The notes: generated from the sequence alone by a model not told the origin. DNA of 62,180 nucleotides from an uncultured Pelagibacteraceae bacterium (GCA_902510025.1 CABWZX010000003.1:1-62180), one strand, 5' to 3'; numbered from the stretch's first letter, positions 22,546-32,155 are shown. Made by a program: numbers and translations.

Positions 22546-23251
22546 TTTCTATAAACTTTATTTTCCTATCTATTTGAATTTTATTATTTTCAAACTTGCA
22601 ATTATAACAAAGTATCTCAACCCCAGATCTAATAGCTTCCTTTAGGTTTGAGTTATACTTTTCATCAATTTCTTTTGCAATCCGAAAATACTTACAATCA
22701 TCCCTTTGGATAAGATAAAGCATTATTGCTCGAGTTTTTTTGTTTTTAATTTTTTGAAGTTCTTTTAGATGCTTGCTTCCTCTTTCAGTAATTGCATCAG
22801 GAAATTCTGCTATTCCTTTCTTTAAAGACAAGGTGACATTCTTCACTTCTATATATATTTCTTCATCAATATTATTTTGAACCAAAAAATCTATGCGAGA
22901 ATTTTCTCCGTATTTAACTTCTCTTTTTAAATTTATTATTTTTTTTAGACTTCTAATCTTATTTGAGATCAATGCCTCTTCGACAATTCGATTTGCACGA
23001 TGAGTATTGACACCTACATTTGCACCGTCTTGTTTAATTATTTCTAATGTAAATTTAAGTTTTCGGTCTTTATTATCAACTTTGGTTAATTTTATAGAAT
23101 TACCTTCTTTCAGGAGTCCTAACATTGATCCAGTATTTGGACAATGGGCAGTAACTATCTGTTTTGTATTATCAAGTTGAACATCGGCAAAAAATCTCTT
23201 ATACCTTTTGATGAGTTTACCAGAAATAAATCTTTTATTTGGTTGATCCAT
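22538..23251 (-). CDS. sfsA: DNA/RNA nuclease SfsA
   Basis: RYKRFFAD, HCPNTGSM, SRIDF, EVKNVTL, FPDA.T.RG.KHL. Confidence 0.95.
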   Translation of the reverse strand: MDQPNKRFISGKLIKRYKRFFADVQLDNTKQIVTAHCPNTGSMLGLLKEGNSIKLTKVDNKDRKLKFTLEIIKQDGANVGVNTHRANRIVEEALISNKIRSLKKIINLKREVKYGENSRIDFLVQNNIDEEIYIEVKNVTLSLKKGIAEFPDAITERGSKHLKELQKIKNKKTRAIMLYLIQRDDCKYFRIAKEIDEKYNSNLKEAIRSGVEILCYNCKFENNKIQIDRKIKFIENE

Positions 23252-23257
23252 TAAATT

Positions 23258-23974
23258 ATGAAAGCAGCATTAATTATCATAGGCAATGAAATTTTATCTG
23301 GGCGCACCCAAGATAAGAACCTATCATATCTTGCAAATTGGTTGAATGAAATAGGTATTCAACTATCTGAAGTGAGAGTGATAAGAGATGAAGAGGAAGT
23401 TATTATTGAAACTGTAAATTATCTCAGAAAAACATACAATTATGTTTTTACAACAGGAGGAATAGGTCCTACCCATGATGACATAACTTCATTAAGCATT
23501 GCTAAAGCATTTAATGTTGACTTAGCAGTTAATGATAAAGCTTTATCTATATTAAAAGAATACTACAAGGATTCTGAACTAACTGACGCAAGAATGAAAA
23601 TGACAATGATTCCTAAAGGAGCAGAGTTAGTTGATAATCCAATAAGTAAAGCGCCAGGATTTAAAATGGAGAATGTCTTTGTAATGGCAGGAATTCCATC
23701 GATAATGCAGGGAATGCTTGAAGGAGCAAGGAAGCACCTTAAAGGTGGAGATATTATTAAATCTACCTCTGTTGATGTTTTTACACCGGAAAGTAATGTT
23801 GCTGAAGAGCTTACTGAACTTCAAAATAACTACCCTGGTGTTGAGATTGGAAGTTATCCATTTTCAAAGGAAAACAGATTTGGAACTTCCTTGGTTTTAA
23901 GGTGTGAAGATGTGACACTACTTAAAAAATGTGAGTTAGAATTATTAAAAATTGTAGATAAATTTAAGTCCTAA
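23258..23974 (+). CDS. CinA-like molybdopterin-binding-domain protein
   Basis: IGNEILSG, TTGGIGPTHDDIT, AGIP, IGSYP. Confidence 0.88.
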   Translation: MKAALIIIGNEILSGRTQDKNLSYLANWLNEIGIQLSEVRVIRDEEEVIIETVNYLRKTYNYVFTTGGIGPTHDDITSLSIAKAFNVDLAVNDKALSILKEYYKDSELTDARMKMTMIPKGAELVDNPISKAPGFKMENVFVMAGIPSIMQGMLEGARKHLKGGDIIKSTSVDVFTPESNVAEELTELQNNYPGVEIGSYPFSKENRFGTSLVLRCEDVTLLKKCELELLKIVDKFKS

Positions 23975-24103
23975 TTACGACTAATTATTAGATTGATTAT
24001 TAAGTTATTGATTCTAATAAATATTTATCCATATTAATGCTTTACTTACTTAATTTTAGAAATAAAATTTGCTTAATTTTATAAAATAAAAGGGGATTCA
24101 TTT

Positions 24104-24799
24104 ATGTCCAAAGTTTTAATACTAAACCCTAGTGATCATGTTGCCATTACTTTTTGGTTGATTTCTATGGCCATGGTTGCTGCAACTGCTTTTTTCTTTT
24201 TAGAAAGAGACAGAGTAGCTGGTAAATGGAAAACGTCACTTACAGTAGCTGGATTAGTTACTGGTGTAGCGGCGTGGCACTACTTCTATATGAGAGGCGT
24301 ATGGGTAGCTACTGGGGATTCACCTACAGTACTTCGATACATTGACTGGTTAATTACAGTACCTCTTCAAATTGTTGAATTTTACGTAATTCTTGCTGCT
24401 GTAACCACTGTAGCTGTTGGCTTATTCTGGAGATTGCTAGTTGCATCTCTAGTAATGCTTGTCTTCGGTTATGTTGGTGAAACAGGAGCATTAAATACAA
24501 CATTAGCGTTTGTCATCGGAATGGCAGCTTGGTTGTATATCGTTTACGAAATTTTTGCAGGTGAAGCTAGCAAAGCGAATGCTGGAAGTGGAAATGCTGC
24601 TGGACAAGCAGCGTTTAACGCTTTGAGATTAATTGTTACAGTTGGATGGGCAATTTATCCGCTTGGTTATGCTATTGGTTATTTTGGTGGCGGCGTAGAC
24701 GCTGGCAATCTTAACCTTATTTACAACGTTGCAGACTTTGTAAATAAAATTGCATTTGGTATGGCTATCTATGTAGCTGCTATATCTGACAGCAATTAA
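24104..24799 (+). CDS. proteorhodopsin, DTE proton pump with Gln at the 105-equivalent tuning site (blue type)
   Basis: HYFYMR, RYIDWLITVPLQIVEF, GWAIYP, ADFVNK (retinal-binding Lys); AGGGGA RBS. Confidence 0.96.
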   Translation: MSKVLILNPSDHVAITFWLISMAMVAATAFFFLERDRVAGKWKTSLTVAGLVTGVAAWHYFYMRGVWVATGDSPTVLRYIDWLITVPLQIVEFYVILAAVTTVAVGLFWRLLVASLVMLVFGYVGETGALNTTLAFVIGMAAWLYIVYEIFAGEASKANAGSGNAAGQAAFNALRLIVTVGWAIYPLGYAIGYFGGGVDAGNLNLIYNVADFVNKIAFGMAIYVAAISDSN

Positions 24800-24820
24800 T
24801 AACCTGCGATCTAACTATCT

Positions 24821-24850
24821 AAAAGGGGCCTCTTCGGGCCCCTTTTTTTT
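24821..24850 (+). terminator. intrinsic terminator after proteorhodopsin (bidirectional type)
   Basis: AAAAGGGGCCT-CTTC-GGGCCCCTTTTTTTT. Confidence 0.9.
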
Positions 24851-24924
24851 AACTATTTATTTCTTTGAGTGCTTATAAAGGACTAGTAGCTAATTCAATT
24901 AATCGATATAAAATAGTATTTAGT

Positions 24925-25012
24925 GGCCTCATGGCGGAATTGGTAGACGCAAAGGACTTAAAATCCTTTGGGATTTATTCCCGTCCCGGTTCGAGTCCGG
25001 GTGAGGCCACCA
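24925..25012 (+). tRNA. tRNA-Leu(UAA)
   Basis: GGCCTCA/TGAGGCC acceptor stem, CT-TAA-AA anticodon loop, long variable arm, GGTTCGAGTCC, encoded CCA. Confidence 0.96.
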
Positions 25013-25064
25013 ATTTTCCAATAGATATTTGACAATAAGATTGCTATAGTAAATTCCGCATATT

Positions 25065-25958
25065 ATGAAAAATACTAAATTAATTTTTTCCTCTTTTATT
25101 GTTTTCTGTTTGCTTGGCTCTATAAGCTTTGGTGGCAGTCTTGAGAATGCTTTTTTAAGCAAAACAAATCAGTTTATAGATAAGGTAACATCAAGTTTTA
25201 CCAACCTAATTAAAGGAAACGATCGAGTTAAGTATTTGGATTTTAAGGTTGATGTTCAGGAGAGCTTAAAACCTACAATTTCTATGACTAATGTGAATAG
25301 AATTATTGAGAATACAAATAGTGCTTTCTTTAATCAGAACTCTCTATCTCTTCATGATAATGATCAAACAATCAATTTTGGATTAGGGTATAGATCACTT
25401 ATTAACGATGACACGATAATGTTAGGAGGCAATGTTTTTCTAGATTATTCATTTGATGAACAGCATCAAAGACAGGGAGCGGGGGTAGAAGCTATTTCGA
25501 GCGTATTTGATGTTCGAGGAAATTATTATGATGCAACAAGTGGAATACAAACACTTGGAGACGGAAGTACAGAAGAAGCTTTAGATGGATGGGATGCGCG
25601 ACTTGATTATCATCTCCCAGTAGCAAATGATGTCAGAATATTTGCTGGACTTTTTGAATTTGAAAATGCAGCTGGCACTTATGAATTAGATGGTGAAAAA
25701 TACGGGCTTGCAGGAAGAATAGACAGATTAAGTTTTGAAGCAGGGTATATAGATGATAATAAAACTGGAGATGGTTCATTTGCAAATATTACCTATATAT
25801 TTCCTCTAGGAGCGAACAAAGCAACAAAGATAAATTCTGCTGGAAACTTTATGGAATATGTTAGCGTGCGTGATCGACTATATGAACCTGTTAAGAGAGA
25901 AAACAAAATCAGAGTAGTGAAAATTAGTGCTGCAAATATTGTAGTGAGTGGATTCTAA
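25065..25958 (+). CDS. inverse autotransporter (invasin/intimin-type) beta-barrel protein without passenger
   Basis: Signal peptide; TINFGLGYR, GGNVFLDY, HQRQGAGVE, NYY, LDGWD; linker-like RLYEPVKRENKIRV near the C-terminus. Confidence 0.8.
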   Translation: MKNTKLIFSSFIVFCLLGSISFGGSLENAFLSKTNQFIDKVTSSFTNLIKGNDRVKYLDFKVDVQESLKPTISMTNVNRIIENTNSAFFNQNSLSLHDNDQTINFGLGYRSLINDDTIMLGGNVFLDYSFDEQHQRQGAGVEAISSVFDVRGNYYDATSGIQTLGDGSTEEALDGWDARLDYHLPVANDVRIFAGLFEFENAAGTYELDGEKYGLAGRIDRLSFEAGYIDDNKTGDGSFANITYIFPLGANKATKINSAGNFMEYVSVRDRLYEPVKRENKIRVVKISAANIVVSGF

Positions 25959-25961
25959 ATT

Positions 25962-27074
25962 ATGAGTAGATTAATTTCGTATATCTTTTTATTTATAAGT
26001 CCGGTTGTTCTAAACTTAGCTTTTAGTTCTTATTCTTATGCAGTATTGAGTAATAGTGTTGAAAATCTTAAAACTTGTGGATCAGGAAAGACTTATAGTG
26101 AAGATTCTGACTCATGCGGTGGTTCATGTGCTGTAAACGAATCTGGTGCAATAATTATTGCAAGCAATGGGCTACCTTATGATGCTGAGACCTCAGACGC
26201 TTATCGAGACAGTTGCAATATGATACCTGACTTGTACCGTGTAACTCTTTACAAAGGAGGGCTTTGTACATCAGATCCATATTCAGCTTCAGGTACAACT
26301 GTTGATTATACTACTAGCTGTGATTTATTTTTTGATGACTCCTCTGGAAAAGCAATTACTTTAACTAATCAAGGTGATGGTACTGCAACCGCTAGCCCAT
26401 CTTTAGTTGATGATGGTGTTAATCTTGGAATTAAGACATATACACATGCTTTTATGGTAATGAGTAACCATTTGCAAATTAAGCATGATCAAACATATGA
26501 TTTTAGTGGTACTGCAACTGCTTCAGCAATGAAAGGTGGAGGTGATACAGTTTCATCAGGAACTACATGTTGGACAGTAGATAGAACATCTACTTATTCA
26601 AATTTAGACGGGACGACAGGAGCCAATCATGGTTCGGTCGCACTAAGAATTGGAGATGGAACTGTAGCAGAGGCGAGCACTAAGTGTGGTTCCGCAGTTG
26701 ATGGAACATTTGACTATGCTACAGAAATTATAGAAACTTTTGGTGAGGCAAGTGGCAATTGGAACGCTAGCGCTGTGACTTCAAGATGGCCATATGCAGA
26801 CTCATCGTTAGGCGGAGGAACAAAAGCTGCAATTCTATTACAGTCAGATTTAGAAACAGTTGCTACTACAATGGAAAATGGAGTAGCAATGTTATATGCA
26901 GTTGATTTAACAAATCCATTAGTTATTACAGAAAACACTACTCAGTTCAATATAGGTTTTGGCCTTTCAGGATCTGTGAGTGTTGATTTTACTACACAAG
27001 ATGGTGCAGATAATTTTCTTTTTATAACAAAGCATGGCGCTGATCCAGTAGATATTCTTTTTACTGCAAATTAA
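25962..27074 (+). CDS. secreted Cys-rich, Ser/Thr/Gly/Asp-rich hypothetical protein
   Basis: Signal peptide ending SYSYA; 8 Cys; starts 3 nt after the barrel gene. Confidence 0.8.
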   Translation: MSRLISYIFLFISPVVLNLAFSSYSYAVLSNSVENLKTCGSGKTYSEDSDSCGGSCAVNESGAIIIASNGLPYDAETSDAYRDSCNMIPDLYRVTLYKGGLCTSDPYSASGTTVDYTTSCDLFFDDSSGKAITLTNQGDGTATASPSLVDDGVNLGIKTYTHAFMVMSNHLQIKHDQTYDFSGTATASAMKGGGDTVSSGTTCWTVDRTSTYSNLDGTTGANHGSVALRIGDGTVAEASTKCGSAVDGTFDYATEIIETFGEASGNWNASAVTSRWPYADSSLGGGTKAAILLQSDLETVATTMENGVAMLYAVDLTNPLVITENTTQFNIGFGLSGSVSVDFTTQDGADNFLFITKHGADPVDILFTAN

Positions 27075-27838
27075 AATTTAAACTGTTCGTTTAAAATTCT
27101 CTCTTCAAATGAATGCTGGGCATCAAACAAAAGTTGAACAGATTTTTGATTATCTTGTTTTATTGTAACAGACTCAATATCTCTAAATTCAGTACTATCG
27201 GCAACAGCACTAACAGGTCTTTTTTTATTATCAATAATTTTAAACTTAACTTCTGAATTATTATTTAGTATGGCGCCTTTCCATCTTCTCGGTCTAAAAG
27301 CACTTATAGGAGTTAACGCTAAAACATCGGCATTAATTGGAAGAATAGGTCCATGAGCAGATAGATTGTAAGCTGTGCTACCAGATGGCGTTGATAATAA
27401 TACACCATCACATACTAGTTCTTCTAATCTAACATTTTTATCTATTGAAATTTTAATCTTAGCAGCTTGATGAGTTTCTCTAAGTAAAGATACTTCATTA
27501 ATTGCTATGGCACTATGTTCTGATCCATCTGTTGATTTAGCAGTCATTGATAGTGGTTTAATTTTTATTGATTGTGATGAATCTAATCTTTGTATTAGAT
27601 CTTCATCATTAACCATGTTCATTAAGAAACCAACACTACCGTAGTTTAAACCAAATAGAGGTAAATTTTTTTCCATTTGTTTTTTTATTACCTCAAGCAT
27701 GAATCCGTCACCGCCAAGCACAACTATAACATCGGCATTTTCAGCAGTATTGGTGCCAAATTTTTTCTCTAAACTTTCTTTTTTCTTTTGAGCTTCTTCA
27801 TTGTTAGAGGCTAAAAAGAATGGCTTTTGTAGTTTCAT
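27071..27838 (-). CDS. nadK: NAD kinase
   Basis: GGDGFML, GSVGFL, AINE, TPSGSTAYNLSAHGP. Confidence 0.95.
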   Translation of the reverse strand: MKLQKPFFLASNNEEAQKKKESLEKKFGTNTAENADVIVVLGGDGFMLEVIKKQMEKNLPLFGLNYGSVGFLMNMVNDEDLIQRLDSSQSIKIKPLSMTAKSTDGSEHSAIAINEVSLLRETHQAAKIKISIDKNVRLEELVCDGVLLSTPSGSTAYNLSAHGPILPINADVLALTPISAFRPRRWKGAILNNNSEVKFKIIDNKKRPVSAVADSTEFRDIESVTIKQDNQKSVQLLFDAQHSFEERILNEQFKF

Positions 27839-27918
27839 ATTTAATTATCTATAAAAAAATAATTGTTTATCTTAAAATAACTGTGAATTGAACCTCAAAA
27901 TAATATATTGCAAGTTAT

Positions 27919-29412
27919 ATGAGTAAAAACCACTATATTCTATCAATAGATCAGGGGACTACCAGTTCAAGAGCGATAATATTTGACATTAATGGCCAAA
28001 TTTTGGCTCAGAAGAATTTTGAATTTAAACAATATTATCCAAAAAATGGCTGGGTAGAACACGACCCTAATGAAATTTTAGATACAGTAATTAAAGCAAT
28101 TAAACATGCCATTACTGAATCTAAAATTAATGTTGAAGATATTTGCACTTCAGGCATAACAAATCAAAGAGAAACAATAGTAGCTTGGGACAAGTCAACG
28201 GGTCAGCCAATATATAATGCAATTGTTTGGCAAGACAGAAGAACAGAAGATATTTGTGAAAATTTAAGAGGCAAGAATTTAATCAAAGAAATTCAAAAAA
28301 AGACAGGACTCATCATTGATCCTTATTTTTCTGCAACTAAGATCAAATGGATCATCGAAAATGTTAATGAAGCAAAAAAAATCATTAGTAATAAAAATTT
28401 ATTGGTTGGAACAATAGATAGCTGGCTCATCTGGAATTTTACTAAGGGAGAATGTCATTTAACTGATGCAACCAACGCTTCAAGAACAATGCTATATAAT
28501 ATCAATAAAGACAAATGGGATTCTGAACTGCTAGAGCTACTAAATATTCCTCATGAAATTTTACCAGAAGTAAAAAATTCAACAGATAATTTTGGCCTGA
28601 TTAATAAAGAATTTTTTGGATCTGAAATCCCTATAGAAGGAGTTGCAGGAGATCAACAAGCTGCATCATTTGGTCAATTATGTTTTGATAAGGGAATGAT
28701 TAAGTCTACTTATGGAACCGGGTGTTTTATGTTAATGAATACAGGAATTGAAATGATGCTTTCTAAATCTAATCTTTTGTCTACTACAGCCTATAAAACA
28801 TCTTTAGAGAGAAAGTTTGCATTAGAAGGTAGCATATTTAATGCAGGAACAGTGGTTCAATGGATGAGAGATGAGCTTAATTTCATTAATGATTCCTCAG
28901 AGGTAGAAGAATTGGCAAGCAAGAGTAAGAATAGCATTTATTTTGTTCCTGCATTTACGGGTTTGGGTGCTCCGTATTGGCGTTCAGATATAAGAGGCTC
29001 AATTCATGGGATTACTAGAGACACAACAAAAGCTGATGTAGCTCTTGCAGCATTAAAATCAATTTGTTTTCAAACTAGGGACTTATTTGCTTGCCTAATC
29101 AAAGATACTGGAACAGAGGCTAAAGATTTTGTTATGCGTGTAGATGGCGGCATGTCTAGGAATAACCTTATGATGCAATATCTATCTGATATTTTAGGAA
29201 TAAAGGTTGAACGTCCATTAAACCAAGAATCTACTGCTACTGGGGCAGCATATTTAGCTGGTTTACAATCTGGGTTATATAAAGATATTGCAGACCTAAA
29301 GGAATTATGGAAAACTGACACCGTTTTTGAGCCAAATAAAACTACTGATCATCTAGAAGATGAATATGAGGGTTGGACTAAGACAATTAATAGATTGATA
29401 AATAATGGTTGA
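27919..29412 (+). CDS. glpK: glycerol kinase
   Basis: DQGTTSSR, TNQRET, WQDRRT, YFSATK, GDQQAA, TYGTG, PAFTGLGAPYW. Confidence 0.95.
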   Translation: MSKNHYILSIDQGTTSSRAIIFDINGQILAQKNFEFKQYYPKNGWVEHDPNEILDTVIKAIKHAITESKINVEDICTSGITNQRETIVAWDKSTGQPIYNAIVWQDRRTEDICENLRGKNLIKEIQKKTGLIIDPYFSATKIKWIIENVNEAKKIISNKNLLVGTIDSWLIWNFTKGECHLTDATNASRTMLYNINKDKWDSELLELLNIPHEILPEVKNSTDNFGLINKEFFGSEIPIEGVAGDQQAASFGQLCFDKGMIKSTYGTGCFMLMNTGIEMMLSKSNLLSTTAYKTSLERKFALEGSIFNAGTVVQWMRDELNFINDSSEVEELASKSKNSIYFVPAFTGLGAPYWRSDIRGSIHGITRDTTKADVALAALKSICFQTRDLFACLIKDTGTEAKDFVMRVDGGMSRNNLMMQYLSDILGIKVERPLNQESTATGAAYLAGLQSGLYKDIADLKELWKTDTVFEPNKTTDHLEDEYEGWTKTINRLINNG

Positions 29413-30154
29413 TGTAAAAAATTCAGTTTCAAAGGAAGAGTGGGAAGTAAGAACAGATCTTGCTGCGTTCTATAGAACTATTCCATATTTTGGATGGGAT
29501 GATTTAATTTTTACACACATTTCGGCTAAAGTTCCTGGAGCAGATAATGAATTCTTAATTAACCCGTATGGTTTCTTATTTGAAGAAATTACAGCCTCAA
29601 ATTTAGTAAAAGTAGACTTAAAGGGTAAAATTATAAGTGAAACAAATAATTTCATTAATCCTGCTGGATTTACAATTCATAGTGCAATTCATGAAGCAAG
29701 AGAAGATGCCCATTGTATCGTTCATCTACATTCAAATGATGGAGTTGCTGTTGCTTCATTAAAAGATGGACTATTGCCTCTTTCTCAGACTGGAATGTTA
29801 GTAAGAAATGAAATTGCTTATCATGATTATGAAGGGGTAGCATTATTTGAAGAGGAAAAAGAAAGGTTAGTAGATGATCTTGGTGAGAAGAAACTTATGA
29901 TTTTAAGAAACCATGGAACTCTTGCAGTTGGTGGAAATGTATCTGAAGCCTTTACAAGCATATACTTCTTAGAAAAGGCATGCACTTATCAGGTCCGAGC
30001 TATGGCTGGCAAGCTTGAGTTAAATGATCCTTCAGATGAAGCTAAGGAAACAACACGTCAGCAAGGAGAGGGTTCTACTTCTTTGGCAGCGGCATTAGTG
30101 TGGCCAGCCATAAGAAGGAAGATGGAAAAAATTGATCCATCTTTCATGAATTAA
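29405..30154 (+). CDS. class II aldolase/adducin family protein
   Basis: FTHIS, FLINPYG, GFTIHSAIH, H.H, LRNHG. Confidence 0.9.
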   Translation: MVDVKNSVSKEEWEVRTDLAAFYRTIPYFGWDDLIFTHISAKVPGADNEFLINPYGFLFEEITASNLVKVDLKGKIISETNNFINPAGFTIHSAIHEAREDAHCIVHLHSNDGVAVASLKDGLLPLSQTGMLVRNEIAYHDYEGVALFEEEKERLVDDLGEKKLMILRNHGTLAVGGNVSEAFTSIYFLEKACTYQVRAMAGKLELNDPSDEAKETTRQQGEGSTSLAAALVWPAIRRKMEKIDPSFMN

Positions 30155-30249
30155 TGTAAGTGAACTATATATATATTAAATACATAGTTTATATTTCATT
30201 AATGATATTAAACGTAATAAAATTTTTTAATAATATAGGGAGAAAATAA

Positions 30250-31449
30250 ATGAAAATATTATGTATTTTATATGATGATCCAAAGGGAGGAATGCCTAGC
30301 AAATATGCTTTAGACAGTATTCCAAAATTGGATAAATATCCAGATGGCATGACATTACCGTCGCCTAAGGCTATTGATTTTAATCCAGGCGATCTACTAG
30401 GATGTGTATCTGGTGAATTAGGTTTAAGAAAATTCTTAGAAGATGCTGGACATACATTGGTTGTTACTTCAGATAAAGATGGTGATGGCTGTCAGGCTGA
30501 TAAAGAATTGGTTGATGCAGATGTTGTAATATCTCAACCGTTCTTTCCTTATTATTTAACAAGAGAAAAAATGGAGACTGCTCCAAATTTAAAAATGGCA
30601 ATTACTGCCGGTATTGGATCTGACCACGTAGATTTACAGGCTGCAATGGACAGAAAAATTGATGTCGTTGAAGTAACTTTCTGTAATTCAAGATCTGTTG
30701 CTGAACATATTGTCATGATGATTTTATCTCTTGTGAGAGACTATCATAATCAGCACAAGATTATTAATGACGGTGGTTGGAACATTGCTGATGCTGTTCA
30801 ACGTTCATACGATCTTGAAGGTATGCACGTAGGTACTGTTGCTGCCGGTAGAATTGGTCTAGATGCATTAAGAAAATTAAAACATTTCGATGTTAATATG
30901 CATTACTTTGATAGACACAAATTGCCAGATGAAGTTGAAAAAGAATTAAACTTAACTTTTCATGATTCAGTAGAATCTCTAGTTGCAGTATGTGATGTAG
31001 TAACAATCAACTGCCCACTTCATCCTGAAACTGAGCATATGTTTAATGATGAACTGATTAGCAAGATGAAACGAGGTGCTTACATTGTAAACACTGCTCG
31101 AGGTAAAATCTGTGATAAAGATGCTATTGCACGTGCTCTAGAGTCTGGTCAATTGAGTGGATATGCAGGAGACGTTTGGTTTCCTCAACCAGCTCCAAAT
31201 GATCATGTTTGGAGATCAATGCCTCACCATGGAATGACACCTCACACTTCAGGAACATCATTATCTGCTCAGGCAAGGTATGCTGCTGGTGTAAGAGAAA
31301 TACTAGAATGTTTCTTTGATGGTACTCCAATTAGAGATCCATATCTTATTGTTCAAAATGGTGAACTAGCTGGAATGGGCGCGCACTCTTATAGTAAAGG
31401 AACAGCTACAGGCGGTTCTGAAGAAGCGGCTAAATATAAAAAACAATAA
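30250..31449 (+). CDS. fdh: NAD-dependent formate dehydrogenase
   Basis: SQPF, TAGIGSDH, AAGRIG, NTARG, GDVWFPQP, TPHTSG; GGGAG RBS. Confidence 0.96.
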   Translation: MKILCILYDDPKGGMPSKYALDSIPKLDKYPDGMTLPSPKAIDFNPGDLLGCVSGELGLRKFLEDAGHTLVVTSDKDGDGCQADKELVDADVVISQPFFPYYLTREKMETAPNLKMAITAGIGSDHVDLQAAMDRKIDVVEVTFCNSRSVAEHIVMMILSLVRDYHNQHKIINDGGWNIADAVQRSYDLEGMHVGTVAAGRIGLDALRKLKHFDVNMHYFDRHKLPDEVEKELNLTFHDSVESLVAVCDVVTINCPLHPETEHMFNDELISKMKRGAYIVNTARGKICDKDAIARALESGQLSGYAGDVWFPQPAPNDHVWRSMPHHGMTPHTSGTSLSAQARYAAGVREILECFFDGTPIRDPYLIVQNGELAGMGAHSYSKGTATGGSEEAAKYKKQ

Positions 31450-31459
31450 TTTAAATTTC

Positions 31460-31489
31460 ATATAGGACGGATGAAAATCCGTCCTATAT
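31460..31489 (+). terminator. strong stem-loop after fdh (terminator or 3' stabiliser)
   Basis: ATATAGGACGGAT-GAAA-ATCCGTCCTATAT, a perfect 13-bp stem; no U-tract. Confidence 0.6.
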
Positions 31490-31498
31490 AATGAGAAT

Positions 31499-32119
31499 AT
31501 GCTTAGCGTATTCAAAAATTACTTTGCACATTCAACGATTATTGGTTTTCTAATCATGGCAGCTGCTGGGCTGTACTATATTTTTTCTACAAATTTAATT
31601 ATCGAGAACATCTATTGGTTTTTTATTCCAATTATTCTTGCGCCTTTTTATGAGTGGTATGTTCATAAATATCAACTTCATAAGCAATTAAAAAAAAAAG
31701 ATGGATGGTATCGGAGGTATCAAATTATTCTTCATCATGGACATCATAGAGATCCAGATAATATTAACCTTCAATTCGCTCCTTGGAGGTATTTGATCTA
31801 TACATACGGACAAGTTTATCTTCTATATTCATTAATTTTCTTTAACTTTTCAACTTCTATGGTCCCGTTTACTGGACATCTTGTTTATCATTTGTGGTAT
31901 GAATGGATACATCTAGCCCACCATTCAAAAGATTACAAACCAGTAACTACTGTTGGAAAAAATTTAAGAGAATCTCATATGAGTCATCACTTTCATAATG
32001 AGAATTATAATTGGGGTATTACTAATATGATAGGGGATTATTTTTTTGGTTCTTTAAAAGATAATAAATCAATTAAAAAAAGCTCTACAACAAAATCTAT
32101 AGCAGGTTACACTGATTAA
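31499..32119 (+). CDS. sterol desaturase/fatty acid hydroxylase family membrane di-iron protein
   Basis: His boxes EWYVHKYQLH, HHGHH, EWIHLAHH, HMSHHF; TM segments. Confidence 0.85.
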   Translation: MLSVFKNYFAHSTIIGFLIMAAAGLYYIFSTNLIIENIYWFFIPIILAPFYEWYVHKYQLHKQLKKKDGWYRRYQIILHHGHHRDPDNINLQFAPWRYLIYTYGQVYLLYSLIFFNFSTSMVPFTGHLVYHLWYEWIHLAHHSKDYKPVTTVGKNLRESHMSHHFHNENYNWGITNMIGDYFFGSLKDNKSIKKSSTTKSIAGYTD

Positions 32120-32155
32120 TCCTATATGATGGATTAGCATAAAAAATATATAAAA

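Noticed and set aside
24929-25162. Minus-strand 77-aa ORF
   Set aside because: Antisense to tRNA-Leu and the barrel gene; shadow ORF.
24104-32119. Carotenoid-antenna rhodopsin supplied by the nearby hydroxylase
   Set aside because: Helix E reads AFVIG, with a bulky Phe where, by my alignment, antenna-binding rhodopsins have Gly; the hydroxylase is 7 kb away and not clearly CrtZ.
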